From contig JBHLPR010000001.1 of the NCBI GenBank assembly GCA_048939245.1, positions 82,622-146,621 of the forward strand: a stretch of 64,000 nt of DNA, in the 5' to 3' direction. This DNA is from Promethearchaeota archaeon. GTDB taxonomy: Archaea > Asgardarchaeota > Hermodarchaeia > Hermodarchaeales > Hermodarchaeaceae. Shown here in pieces: positions 37,101 through 44,811 of this stretch. The translations under genes were made by a program, and so were the position numbers. The number at the start of each line of letters is the position of its first letter. The stretch's first letter is position 1. Under the pieces are notes generated by a model. It did no database searches, was not told where the DNA came from, and saw only the letters and a program-made list of their open reading frames with translations.

Positions 37101-38509
37101 AGACCTGCCCCCTCAGCATTAGGCTCATTAAAAAGTGGTATTGCTCCTCGACGAATCCCGATTGATAACGCTTCTGGGGTAGCGAATCGGCACCCCTCAA
37201 GAATAAGACAGGCGACACCAGCTGTAATTGCTGAGGAAGCAGCAGTTGTACTTGCTAGAGTATAATTCTCATTGAAAGGCGTACCGAAAACACTTCCTCC
37301 AATAAAATCGATGTCCTCCGGAGAGATATCAATTGAGATGTTACCAATCGCAGTTGGAAAAATATTGTATAACGATGCTGAAATGATATCAACGCCCGGT
37401 GCAATTAGATCTGGTTTTGTGCGAAAATCGAAGGTAGGCCCACGACTACTGAAATCAGGGACCAGACCTGTTGCTGTATCGTAAGCACCCACAGTTAATG
37501 CTGCCAAAGATTCTCCCGGTGACATAATGGTTAGGTGGTTTGGTCCCCTATCTCCTGCAGCGCAGATTACTAGAACACCACCTTCTGTAGCTTTCATAAC
37601 TGCCTCCGAGAGGGGATCTCCGGGCATGCCAATTGTTGAGAACGGTAATAATATGATATCTGCACCATTGGTCAAACTCCATTCGATACCTCGGATTATC
37701 CAGGAGGAATAACCCGTTCCGTCGCTCAGAATCACTTTTGCGCTCATTAGTTGCGCTCCTGGGGCAATCCCAGTATAGTTTCCCTGAGACGCTGAACCAG
37801 TGCCTGCAACAAGGGCAGCACAGTAGGTACCATGGCCATTCAAATCAAAAGGAAATGGATCTCCTTCAGCAAAGGACACCTGTGCTAGAACTTTGGGGTC
37901 ATTAGTTGTTTCGTTGTCATCCATGTCATCAAGGTCTGGGTGTGTAACATCGATACCAGTATCTAAGACCGCTACAATTGTATGGGAACCATTTAAACCA
38001 AGATTGTATAATGGGGTGGCATCAATGGTCTCTTTAGGGTGGATGTAACCGTTTGAGGCAATAGGACTTTCTGAATCATATCCTTCAGGGCTATCAAGTT
38101 GAAATTTAAAATCGGTCCAGACTTTTTGGATTTGAGAAAGCCCTGCGAGGTTCTTAAGCTCCCCGACAGTCGTTTGAAAAGAGAGAGCATGTATTAGTTT
38201 GTGATAAGTTCTGATTTTAGCCATTGCTGCAGTCTGAAGGATAGCCCGTTGAGCAGCTCGCCAATTAGTCCTTTCCGACAACTTGGCTACAACATCTACG
38301 GAGGCATTCGGGTCATTTGAAGCTGAAATAAAATCTAAGAGTGGCTTTGATAACTTAGACTCGGGGTCTGTTACCTGTGTGAATTTCGTGAAGAACCGAT
38401 TTGAAAGTTGACCTGCAGCAAAGACGGCGGTGACTAATAACAAGATCACTAGTAGTAATGCTGAGAGCGAATCCAGATTCCTCGGCGTCTTCTGCTTCAG
38501 GTGTTGCAC
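34118..38509 (-). CDS. 1463-aa double-anchored surface protein: I9-like propeptide + degenerate S8 subtilase-like domain + GldG/ABC-auxiliary-like module + TM + cytoplasmic coiled-coil tail
   Basis: The N-terminal anchor is LSALLLVILLLVTAVFAAG. The subtilase Asp (VAVLDTGIDVTHPDL) and His (NGHGTYCAALVAG) are present. The oxyanion position reads AAGDRG and the Ser position reads STTAASSAITAG. Res ~1009-1238 resemble ABC_transp_aux. The C-terminus is PPPPQEPDY, a TM segment and a 79-aa charged tail. Confidence 0.8.
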   Translation of the reverse strand: MQHLKQKTPRNLDSLSALLLVILLLVTAVFAAGQLSNRFFTKFTQVTDPESKLSKPLLDFISASNDPNASVDVVAKLSERTNWRAAQRAILQTAAMAKIRTYHKLIHALSFQTTVGELKNLAGLSQIQKVWTDFKFQLDSPEGYDSESPIASNGYIHPKETIDATPLYNLGLNGSHTIVAVLDTGIDVTHPDLDDMDDNETTNDPKVLAQVSFAEGDPFPFDLNGHGTYCAALVAGTGSASQGNYTGIAPGAQLMSAKVILSDGTGYSSWIIRGIEWSLTNGADIILLPFSTIGMPGDPLSEAVMKATEGGVLVICAAGDRGPNHLTIMSPGESLAALTVGAYDTATGLVPDFSSRGPTFDFRTKPDLIAPGVDIISASLYNIFPTAIGNISIDISPEDIDFIGGSVFGTPFNENYTLASTTAASSAITAGVACLILEGCRFATPEALSIGIRRGAIPLFNEPNAEGAGLLSASRAYNELSELHNPFSSDYRARSVGLGLPYYGLIISEATAENVTLLMSTYSTAIGALVTSSITNMTLFHMLFGMFYLAVGDNDPVPFTFLDIEQEFHWTSLPYGEYVRTTGILSFENLLIIPRIETWQISSGPSANAFRISFFFINIGSENVNNIRLYSLWDFDLFSGANDTSIQQGFYNATSHMFNIRGDVLPINETTRIDQFIGINASNPFSSVQVGAYDEVSDQLQNETLNGTPTYSSDEGVGFATQWQLGNLPAETGTLNISMTLGFGQNFTALVHGINQTEYASVAVPLTDLCMIQKDLARTGTTNSTYQTSVIVLNIGDAGVDSIAAYFTNRSQPFGGTIFARYFQLGIFKPFQFQKLSVEWNPEVSDIYFAGWIVAPAIDFDLILNTSPQDLYPLDNFVYRDVFISSPPRMRLLIPHILPFGPMMLYFPNDYAIYNFTLLTTTPINSLTVRIAEFYESAFDFPIDRNITQWDTPPEIAKEQITDIVVGTQFQITFFIPTFIEAGPYYGNLSLSASDGWQFTLPFIINVTYPKAVILFDSIHNQGLNLSNLEDFDFTDLNLDVLFSLFNEIGDSLFTGYSRLRELFASAQLNLSEIPLISEINSTILQLFDGLVLCDPEKGFTLNEASAISEFIDNGFKVLVLADQPESSNHTTLNQLLSSYGVQLGGRVTGLNTTELHPSAPFTSGVNSISTIEGTVLTDIGTAQPFAWVNGTNFGIYLNDDNKELYVLGCSAVFGNSYLFKFDNLRFVNQTIHYLFRKTVHLTLRITGGMNSSFYIGNDAGFVIDAYNTTGDGVEGLSMFVVYVLPNRTQSFFIAFEVTEGRYGSFFFANWTGLDESVNTPQTFSIIVFTIPGDYSSTTTFMHFYYLPTPEKPPPPQEPDYLTIMIIQIFLVTLFTILIISLYFTNQYRRKRRMRTPTLDEQTIQNIDNTLNTTQALIREIEWTLTDRRMDRIEKLRITSGEPANRLENMLKRLRELAKETGV

Positions 38510-38515
38510 TCTTGG

Positions 38516-40180
38516 TTACACCTCCAATTGTCGACCGGTGATTAAAATAAAGTAATCAGTCATATCCACGCCCATTTTTGGCTTGACGCTCTTAATTTGG
38601 ATATCTTGTGCTTGCAGTGCTCGGACAACTCGCTCTGACATTTCAATCAAAGGTACTTCACTGAAAATCTTGATGAGTTCCCCTCTCTCTAAGACATGGA
38701 TAATGCCTTTCACATCCTGAAGCAGTGACGCTATCCCAGGTCGGGGTTGCTGAAGAATGATTCCAACTGCATAGCCCTTTCCAGGAAGAGACGCTTTTAA
38801 TTCCGCTGGGCTTCCAAAGGCTACAAGGCTGCGTTCTCGCATGAACACACCCACGATATCACAATACTCAGCTTCTCCAGGATAATGGGTAACAACTATC
38901 ATGCTAGTGCCATATTCTTGATTCAAATAATCCAAATAATCCCACAGCTCACTTCGCATATCAGGATCCAATCCGGAGGTTGGTTCATCTAAAATGAGTA
39001 ATTGAGGCCGGTGAACCATGGAAATAGAAATTGAAGCCCGGCGCTTTTCACCTCCAGAAAGAGTTCTAACACTCTGATTTCCTTTTTCAAAAATCCCCAT
39101 TTCACGAAGGAGTACTTTCCCTCGGCGTACTAGTTCCTGTTCAGGTATTCCATATTGTTTCCCAAACTCAATGATGTTTTCCAAAGGCGTAAAATTCTGA
39201 TACATATATCCTAAATCTTGTGGAACAAAGCCGAAGATTGGTTTTACCTGTTTTCGTTGAGTTGATTTTACTCCACCGATGATAACCTGACCTCGAGTGG
39301 GGATTATATCACCAATTAAGGCACGAATTGTTGTGGATTTTCCTGATCCCGATTCCCCGATAATTCCCATAATTTTTCCACTTGGGAGTTTAAAGGAGAC
39401 ATCACGGATAATGTCAAAGTTATCATCGACGGTAAATGTGAGGTTTTCGGCAACAACGACATTCTCCACTTTACCCCGTGTACGAGCATATGCTGGTGTG
39501 AAGAGCATTTTTTGTGCAAGGATGTCAGGAACAATACTGATTAATTCCCGCATAATTTCGGGAGCAGTTTCTCGACCCCCAATTGTTAATATCTGTGCGG
39601 TATCATCAGACGTGGAGTGGGCTGGTGTCGTACGTAATTCCAGCAATCCGACTCTGAGACGTTCCATCCTAGCGTTTGTCACAGTGCCTTGGATATGCCT
39701 TTCCTTACCATTCTCATCGAGTCCCCATATTTGAGCATCAACTTCTGTATATGCAAGTAGTTCTTGGACACGTTTCACCGCATGATCAATTTCCTCTCCA
39801 TCATAATAGAAATCGTCGTGAATGTTTCGTCGAAGCCAATTCATCAACACCAATTGTTTTGCGGCCACTTCTTCTCGTTCGGTTCTCTCTGATCCAATTG
39901 TTAAAACGCTACCTTTGAGACTCTCAGGCCCTTTCTTTACTGAATTCACTAAAAGAGCGATTCGTCTTTGGCGTCCTCTTCTGGTAATATCAAGTAATCT
40001 TCCCTCGATGGCGATTTCCTCATCAGAGCTGCGGAGCTTACCTGTAATCTGTGAATGGAGTTCACGATCACTTCGTTCCTCAATCCAATCTAAAGCATCA
40101 TCGAACCGTGAACCTGCAAAATAGTTCTTCTCAACAAATACGGGAACATCAGTTAATGTTTGCATTCCACTCACATCCAT
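38516..40180 (-). CDS. ABC-2-type transporter ATPase with 239-aa N-terminal extension (internally duplicated module)
   Basis: Walker A GESGSGKST lies at res 275-283. The signature is LSGGEKRR and Walker B is LILDEPTSGLD. The N-terminal extension has two related ~50-aa units ending VLTIGSERTE and ILTIGGRETA. Confidence 0.85.
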   Translation of the reverse strand: MDVSGMQTLTDVPVFVEKNYFAGSRFDDALDWIEERSDRELHSQITGKLRSSDEEIAIEGRLLDITRRGRQRRIALLVNSVKKGPESLKGSVLTIGSERTEREEVAAKQLVLMNWLRRNIHDDFYYDGEEIDHAVKRVQELLAYTEVDAQIWGLDENGKERHIQGTVTNARMERLRVGLLELRTTPAHSTSDDTAQILTIGGRETAPEIMRELISIVPDILAQKMLFTPAYARTRGKVENVVVAENLTFTVDDNFDIIRDVSFKLPSGKIMGIIGESGSGKSTTIRALIGDIIPTRGQVIIGGVKSTQRKQVKPIFGFVPQDLGYMYQNFTPLENIIEFGKQYGIPEQELVRRGKVLLREMGIFEKGNQSVRTLSGGEKRRASISISMVHRPQLLILDEPTSGLDPDMRSELWDYLDYLNQEYGTSMIVVTHYPGEAEYCDIVGVFMRERSLVAFGSPAELKASLPGKGYAVGIILQQPRPGIASLLQDVKGIIHVLERGELIKIFSEVPLIEMSERVVRALQAQDIQIKSVKPKMGVDMTDYFILITGRQLEV

Positions 40181-40186
40181 CTGCGT

Positions 40187-41374
40187 TTACGCTAGTGTTC
40201 GTTTCCTCCATAAGACCAAGATGGAGATGAAAATTCCTCCAATTATGTAAATTAGAATCCGTACAATTTGCTCCCAGCTTGTAATCAATGGGAGTCCTTT
40301 GAATGCAGTTTCACGGATTAGCTGCATTCCAAGGTTCATTGGGAGAAATTCCGAGATAATTCCCACATCAATGAACATGCCACTGAGAATCATCATACCC
40401 AATAGTAGGAAAAGAAATCCCTGGTTGGCTTGAAGACGAGAGGTTGAGAATGAGGATATAACAACTCCTGATACTGCTCCAGCTAATGCCATTGAGCTCA
40501 CAACAATCATGAGGGTGAAAAGGTCGGTGCGAAGATTCAATTGGAATCCAACAATCCACAGCACCAATAATAGGATTCCTTGTATCGTTCCTATGATGGT
40601 ATACGCGGCTATTTTTCCAAGAATCACTTCTACTTTACTTGTGGGAGTTAGCAACATTCGGCGAAGTGGAATATCTCCCACAATCGATTGACAGGAAATT
40701 AAAGCAATTGCCATAAAAATACAAAAGACAACCAGAAACGCTCCAACTTGAATTGCTAGGGTATCACCCTCAGGGACAAACTCGATCTCAGGAATGGTGA
40801 GAATATCACTTCGAATCCAACCTAGTTTTTCTCGAAATATCAATGTAGCTTCCGTCACAGCGATGATCGCATCGCCCTGCCCCTGTAGTTGCGTATTACT
40901 TGTATGAATATAGACAAATGCCGGGAGATTCATAGATAACGCATGTTCAAACCCATCCTCTATAACCAGGTACGCATCAATCTCAGTGTAAAAGAGAGCT
41001 GTATAAGCCACAGATTCATTTTCAAATGTCATCACAGTGACTTCTTCAAGATTTGCAAGCGTAGCCGTAAAATTCTGGGACAAATCTAAATCTGGATACG
41101 TATCAGTGGTGTCAAGGTCCACAACACCAAATAGCATTGGAACCGTTTCTGCCTGTATATCATTTTGTTGAATCGCTAAAGCAAGAGTACCTATTGTAAT
41201 AATAGGTAAAAGAAACACTAGAAGCATCGCTGTTCGATCTTTGATGATTGTTTGAATTTCCTTCCGCGTGAGCGCTAGAATTCGTTTCAGTGGTTCAGTA
41301 GCACTCATGGTGTTTAACCTCTGCTTGACTATCGATATGCCCCATAAAGATTTTTGGTTGAGACTGCCTTTCAC
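40187..41374 (-). CDS. ABC-2-family permease with large first extracytoplasmic loop
   Basis: TM1 is followed by a ~150-aa loop and then 5 TM segments, an ABC2_membrane_3-like layout. The start is more likely the ATG at 41308 (MSATEPLKR, with GAGGT 9 nt upstream) than the GTG at 41374. Confidence 0.8.
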   Translation of the reverse strand: MKGSLNQKSLWGISIVKQRLNTMSATEPLKRILALTRKEIQTIIKDRTAMLLVFLLPIITIGTLALAIQQNDIQAETVPMLFGVVDLDTTDTYPDLDLSQNFTATLANLEEVTVMTFENESVAYTALFYTEIDAYLVIEDGFEHALSMNLPAFVYIHTSNTQLQGQGDAIIAVTEATLIFREKLGWIRSDILTIPEIEFVPEGDTLAIQVGAFLVVFCIFMAIALISCQSIVGDIPLRRMLLTPTSKVEVILGKIAAYTIIGTIQGILLLVLWIVGFQLNLRTDLFTLMIVVSSMALAGAVSGVVISSFSTSRLQANQGFLFLLLGMMILSGMFIDVGIISEFLPMNLGMQLIRETAFKGLPLITSWEQIVRILIYIIGGIFISILVLWRKRTLA

Positions 41375-41511
41375 CCATGGCTATTTGGTTCTCTACAAAA
41401 TCTTATCTAATTAGCCTGACGTGACCAAAGGTTTTTTCTGTTATCTCTCAAAGGGACAATGTAGTCAAACCTCTACAGAATAATAATCAATTATATAGCA
41501 GGTTAGATTGT

Positions 41512-42429
41512 ATGCGGGACGAACAACCGCCGAGTAAACCAGCGGATGTTATGGCTTGGGCTAAGCGATGGCAACCTAAATGGCAAACGAAGATCACGTT
41601 TCCTGAGAATGCATTCTTTGTGAGTCTATTTGATTTCATAAATCGGACCGATGATTTAGATGCTACAATTATCACCAGCGATCATAAGTTGTTGTTGCGA
41701 TTCGAACATGCATATGATCCCGAAGGCTTCCTGTATTCGATGCGCCTACCTGATATTGATGCCACCATTGAAATCGTCCCATATAAGCCCGATTATGGTG
41801 TGCTGAAGAAACGAACCTTCACAAATCGAGCCAAGGAATTCGACCGGTTTGCCCAAAATGAATTGCTCCGCATACCCACCGAGTATCAGGGGGGGCAAAT
41901 ACGAACATTGGCTGAAGTCATGGAACTACTAGATTTTACAAAGGAAGTCATTGAGATCACTCGGGACACCCTCTTTGGTAATCCCGATCCCTCCAAATAT
42001 CGATACCTCAAAAACCCTGTTTCATTTCTTAATCTCCAAAACGGTTGGATTGTAATTCCTGATGACACCATGAAAATCAAACTAAATCTGGGTGTGGAAT
42101 ACGAACATGTCTTTCGACTATCCTACCGCTTTGATCAAAAAGAAGGACCAGTTGTTGAAAATTATCAAAAATACCAGTCTGCGCTTCAACGTCTCTCAAC
42201 GCAGACTATTCGACGCGTTTTTTCAAATCTGGGAACCTATACGTCCATAATCCATAACCCCTTTTTCAGTGATATCAGCCAACGCTTTCCCGTCAGATAC
42301 GTTGCCTTGAATAATGGGTTACTGGTGGCTTCGTTAGGGGAAGGATCTGATTGGGAAAAAGGCACCTTCGAATTCTATAAACCTACGGAAAGGAAGGATC
42401 GGTTATTCGGTTTACTGGAACCAGAATAA
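41512..42429 (+). CDS. Hypothetical protein (305 aa)
   Basis: Clean ORF divergent from the ABC operon across a 137-bp AT-rich spacer. No motif recognised. Confidence 0.5.
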   Translation: MRDEQPPSKPADVMAWAKRWQPKWQTKITFPENAFFVSLFDFINRTDDLDATIITSDHKLLLRFEHAYDPEGFLYSMRLPDIDATIEIVPYKPDYGVLKKRTFTNRAKEFDRFAQNELLRIPTEYQGGQIRTLAEVMELLDFTKEVIEITRDTLFGNPDPSKYRYLKNPVSFLNLQNGWIVIPDDTMKIKLNLGVEYEHVFRLSYRFDQKEGPVVENYQKYQSALQRLSTQTIRRVFSNLGTYTSIIHNPFFSDISQRFPVRYVALNNGLLVASLGEGSDWEKGTFEFYKPTERKDRLFGLLEPE

Positions 42430-42459
42430 TCGACGATGAAACGACGGCTATTTACGGTC

Positions 42460-42843
42460 TTATTCTTCGCTTGGTCGATTATATGCGTCTTTTATCCGAA
42501 CGATATCTCCGAACATCTGGGTGCTAACTTCTAATATGAGGGTATCCTCGAGGGGGTGAATTTGGTGACGCATTCCGGGTGGAATTTGCACCGTTTCACC
42601 AGGTTCGAACACTTCATCCTTGGAACCGTAGATTAAACGGATTCGCCCTGAAACAATATAAAAAATTTCATCTTTTTTAGTATGATAATGTAATGAACTC
42701 GCCTTCCCCTGATGAAAAAAGAGTTCCTTAAGCTTTAGACCGCGGAATTTTCCCAGTGGACGTTCATATCCCCATGGTTTTTGCTTCTTTTCACCGAATA
42801 ACACCTCACTGGGATTCCCCATGTTTAGTCTTCGCTCCAACAC
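42460..42843 (-). CDS. Cupin-domain protein (phosphomannose-isomerase type II C-terminal-like)
   Basis: The cupin motifs are KPWGYE...LKELFFHQGKASSLHYHTKKDEIFYIVSG...GETVQIPPGMRHQI. Confidence 0.7.
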   Translation of the reverse strand: MLERRLNMGNPSEVLFGEKKQKPWGYERPLGKFRGLKLKELFFHQGKASSLHYHTKKDEIFYIVSGRIRLIYGSKDEVFEPGETVQIPPGMRHQIHPLEDTLILEVSTQMFGDIVRIKDAYNRPSEE

Positions 42844-42861
42844 TGTTCCTAATCGCGTTAA

Positions 42862-43296
42862 CTATAATCCCTCGTTAATAATGCGATCAATAATCCGTTG
42901 TAGTTTCTCATTCCCCTTGATACGTTCAGGTCGCCAGGCTCGTCCTTCATAAACTCTTTCCGGTTCATCTAGGATTTCAGCCATTGCGTTTTCTAAGGAT
43001 TTTGCAGCGCGAGCATCCAATCGAGCACATTCAGCAAAGTAATCACAATTTTTCACAGTGCACACACTCCCCACATCTAATCGATAGATTCCCGGTTGTA
43101 GAGGGATTGCCTTTACTTGAAGTGGGCAGGTGTCAGTATCATCAGAGAAAATCCGGACACCATCTTCTTTATCAATTACTTTCATACGGGAGCCAATTAT
43201 CCGGTGCGCCCCCTGCTTTATCTCTTCAAGGGTTGCCACAACAACTACGTCACCAAATTGACCTTTCTCTGGTTTCTTATTCATCCGGTGTCGCAT
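42862..43296 (-). CDS. Hypothetical protein (144 aa)
   Basis: ORF 18 bp upstream of the cupin gene on the same strand. A perfect 7-bp inverted repeat cactagc-gct-gctagtg lies at 43311-43327, just upstream of the start. Confidence 0.45.
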   Translation of the reverse strand: MRHRMNKKPEKGQFGDVVVVATLEEIKQGAHRIIGSRMKVIDKEDGVRIFSDDTDTCPLQVKAIPLQPGIYRLDVGSVCTVKNCDYFAECARLDARAAKSLENAMAEILDEPERVYEGRAWRPERIKGNEKLQRIIDRIINEGL

Positions 43297-43386
43297 CCAC
43301 GATTCTTCGTCACTAGCGCTGCTAGTGATATTCTCCTAAGTTTCATCGCCTTATATGCCTTTACGTCACTTTTGGACGGTTAGCCT

Positions 43387-43596
43387 TTAGTTTCCAAGAT
43401 ACAATAGAAGGCAAAGCAAGAACATCATAGCAGCAAACAGCACTACAACAACAGCTAACTCAATTGTAAAAAGAGCACCTAAAGGTGTCCCAATAATAAG
43501 AACTGGATAGACTAGCAAGGTAATCAGAACAATAAGAAAGACAATACCGATCAACCATCCACGACGCCGACGACTGAACAACATTATAGGGTTCAC
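43387..43596 (-). CDS. Small 2-TM membrane protein (69 aa)
   Basis: Two strongly hydrophobic helices follow the basic N-terminus SRRRRGW. Confidence 0.4.
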   Translation of the reverse strand: MNPIMLFSRRRRGWLIGIVFLIVLITLLVYPVLIIGTPLGALFTIELAVVVVLFAAMMFLLCLLLYLGN

Positions 43597-43762
43597 CCTT
43601 AGAAGGTTAGCGTCACACTCTTTGACCAGTTCCTATAAGCCTTTCGTCAGAGTCACTGAATTTCAAGGGTCCTGTTGAGAGCAAACAACCTCACTCAAAT
43701 CAGGAAACCTTATGTGAGTATCCCCTCAAGAGGAATTACCCAGATCATCGGGTGAAACCATT

Positions 43763-44785
43763 GTGCTTCTTTCAACGATTTCCCTTGCCGCGATTCTTAC
43801 TCTTTTAAGTGGTGTTCTATCAGGAATTGGACATTCGATACAACGTTATGGACTTGACAGATTACCTGAACTGACCCCCCGCGCTTTTTACCAACGCCAC
43901 ATGCGTCTTCTCTTTGCCCTATTCACGACCCCAATATGGCTTTTAGGGGCGATTCTCGCTGTTTCTGGTGCCTTAATGCGTTGGCAGGCTTTTTCTTCAG
44001 GGGATGTCAGTTTCCTCAAACCTCTAACCAATATCAACATCCTCATCGTCATTGTTGTGGGTGTCCTGTTTCTAGGTGAAATCATCCGGCGAGTCGAATG
44101 GGCTGGCATCGCTTCACTACTCACCGGCGTTTTCGTTCTCAGCCTATTTGCTCAGGAACGATTCATTGAAACTTACAACGTGTATTGGTATAGCATTTCT
44201 TCTCTTGTTTGCTTTCTACTCGTAATCCTTTTCGCCTTTATCGGCACTCAACTGAAACGAACCGCTCGTGAAAAAGAACTCTTCTTCGCAATTGGTTCAG
44301 GAATACTATATGGCATCGCCACAATTTTCCTAAAAGCTATGACTATTGAGGTCATCCAAGTCCTTGGCTATTTCAGTGTCTTAGATCTACTCTCATTAGT
44401 CATCCTCATTACTCGACCCTCCTTCTGGCTATATCTTTTCAGCTCAATAATTGCCTACTTTCTTCTCCAATGCGCCTATTCTCGCCGTCGAGTCTCCGTT
44501 GCCTTCCCTGTAAACAACTCACTTTCCACTCTGGTCCCGATTCTTATAGCCTCACTCGTATTTGGTGACTCACTCCTCATCCTCATCGAGGACATGATTA
44601 TCTTTCCGCTCTCCTATCTCCCCGTCCTTGGCATCATAACCATTCTCATCGGAGTTCTCCTCCTTCGACGATTCCAAGCGCAACATCCCACCACAACCCA
44701 AGATACAAGACTGCTAGAGAACACTAAATCTGAGGAAAACATTAAAGGACTTTCAAAACGAGCCCAATATCTACTCGGCCTCTAA
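43763..44785 (+). CDS. DMT/EamA-like 10-TM transporter
   Basis: The protein has two 5-TM halves. The first half ends GEIIRRVEWAGIASLLTGVFVL, a typical EamA terminal helix. Confidence 0.5.
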   Translation: MLLSTISLAAILTLLSGVLSGIGHSIQRYGLDRLPELTPRAFYQRHMRLLFALFTTPIWLLGAILAVSGALMRWQAFSSGDVSFLKPLTNINILIVIVVGVLFLGEIIRRVEWAGIASLLTGVFVLSLFAQERFIETYNVYWYSISSLVCFLLVILFAFIGTQLKRTAREKELFFAIGSGILYGIATIFLKAMTIEVIQVLGYFSVLDLLSLVILITRPSFWLYLFSSIIAYFLLQCAYSRRRVSVAFPVNNSLSTLVPILIASLVFGDSLLILIEDMIIFPLSYLPVLGIITILIGVLLLRRFQAQHPTTTQDTRLLENTKSEENIKGLSKRAQYLLGL

Positions 44786-44811
44786 TATGTGAAACCACAG
44801 GTGAATACGCG

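Noticed and set aside
39297-39734. 145-aa ORF antisense to the ABC ATPase gene (38516-40180).
   Set aside because: It overlaps the Walker A region of a well-supported ABC gene and has shadow-ORF composition.
39464-40180. Possibility that the duplicated N-terminal module of the ABC ATPase is a pair of FHA domains (as in Rv1747), prompted by the TIGSER / TIGGRE strings.
   Set aside because: The FHA signature order (GR ... SxxH ... NG) is not present after the TIG(S/G) strings. I left the module unassigned.
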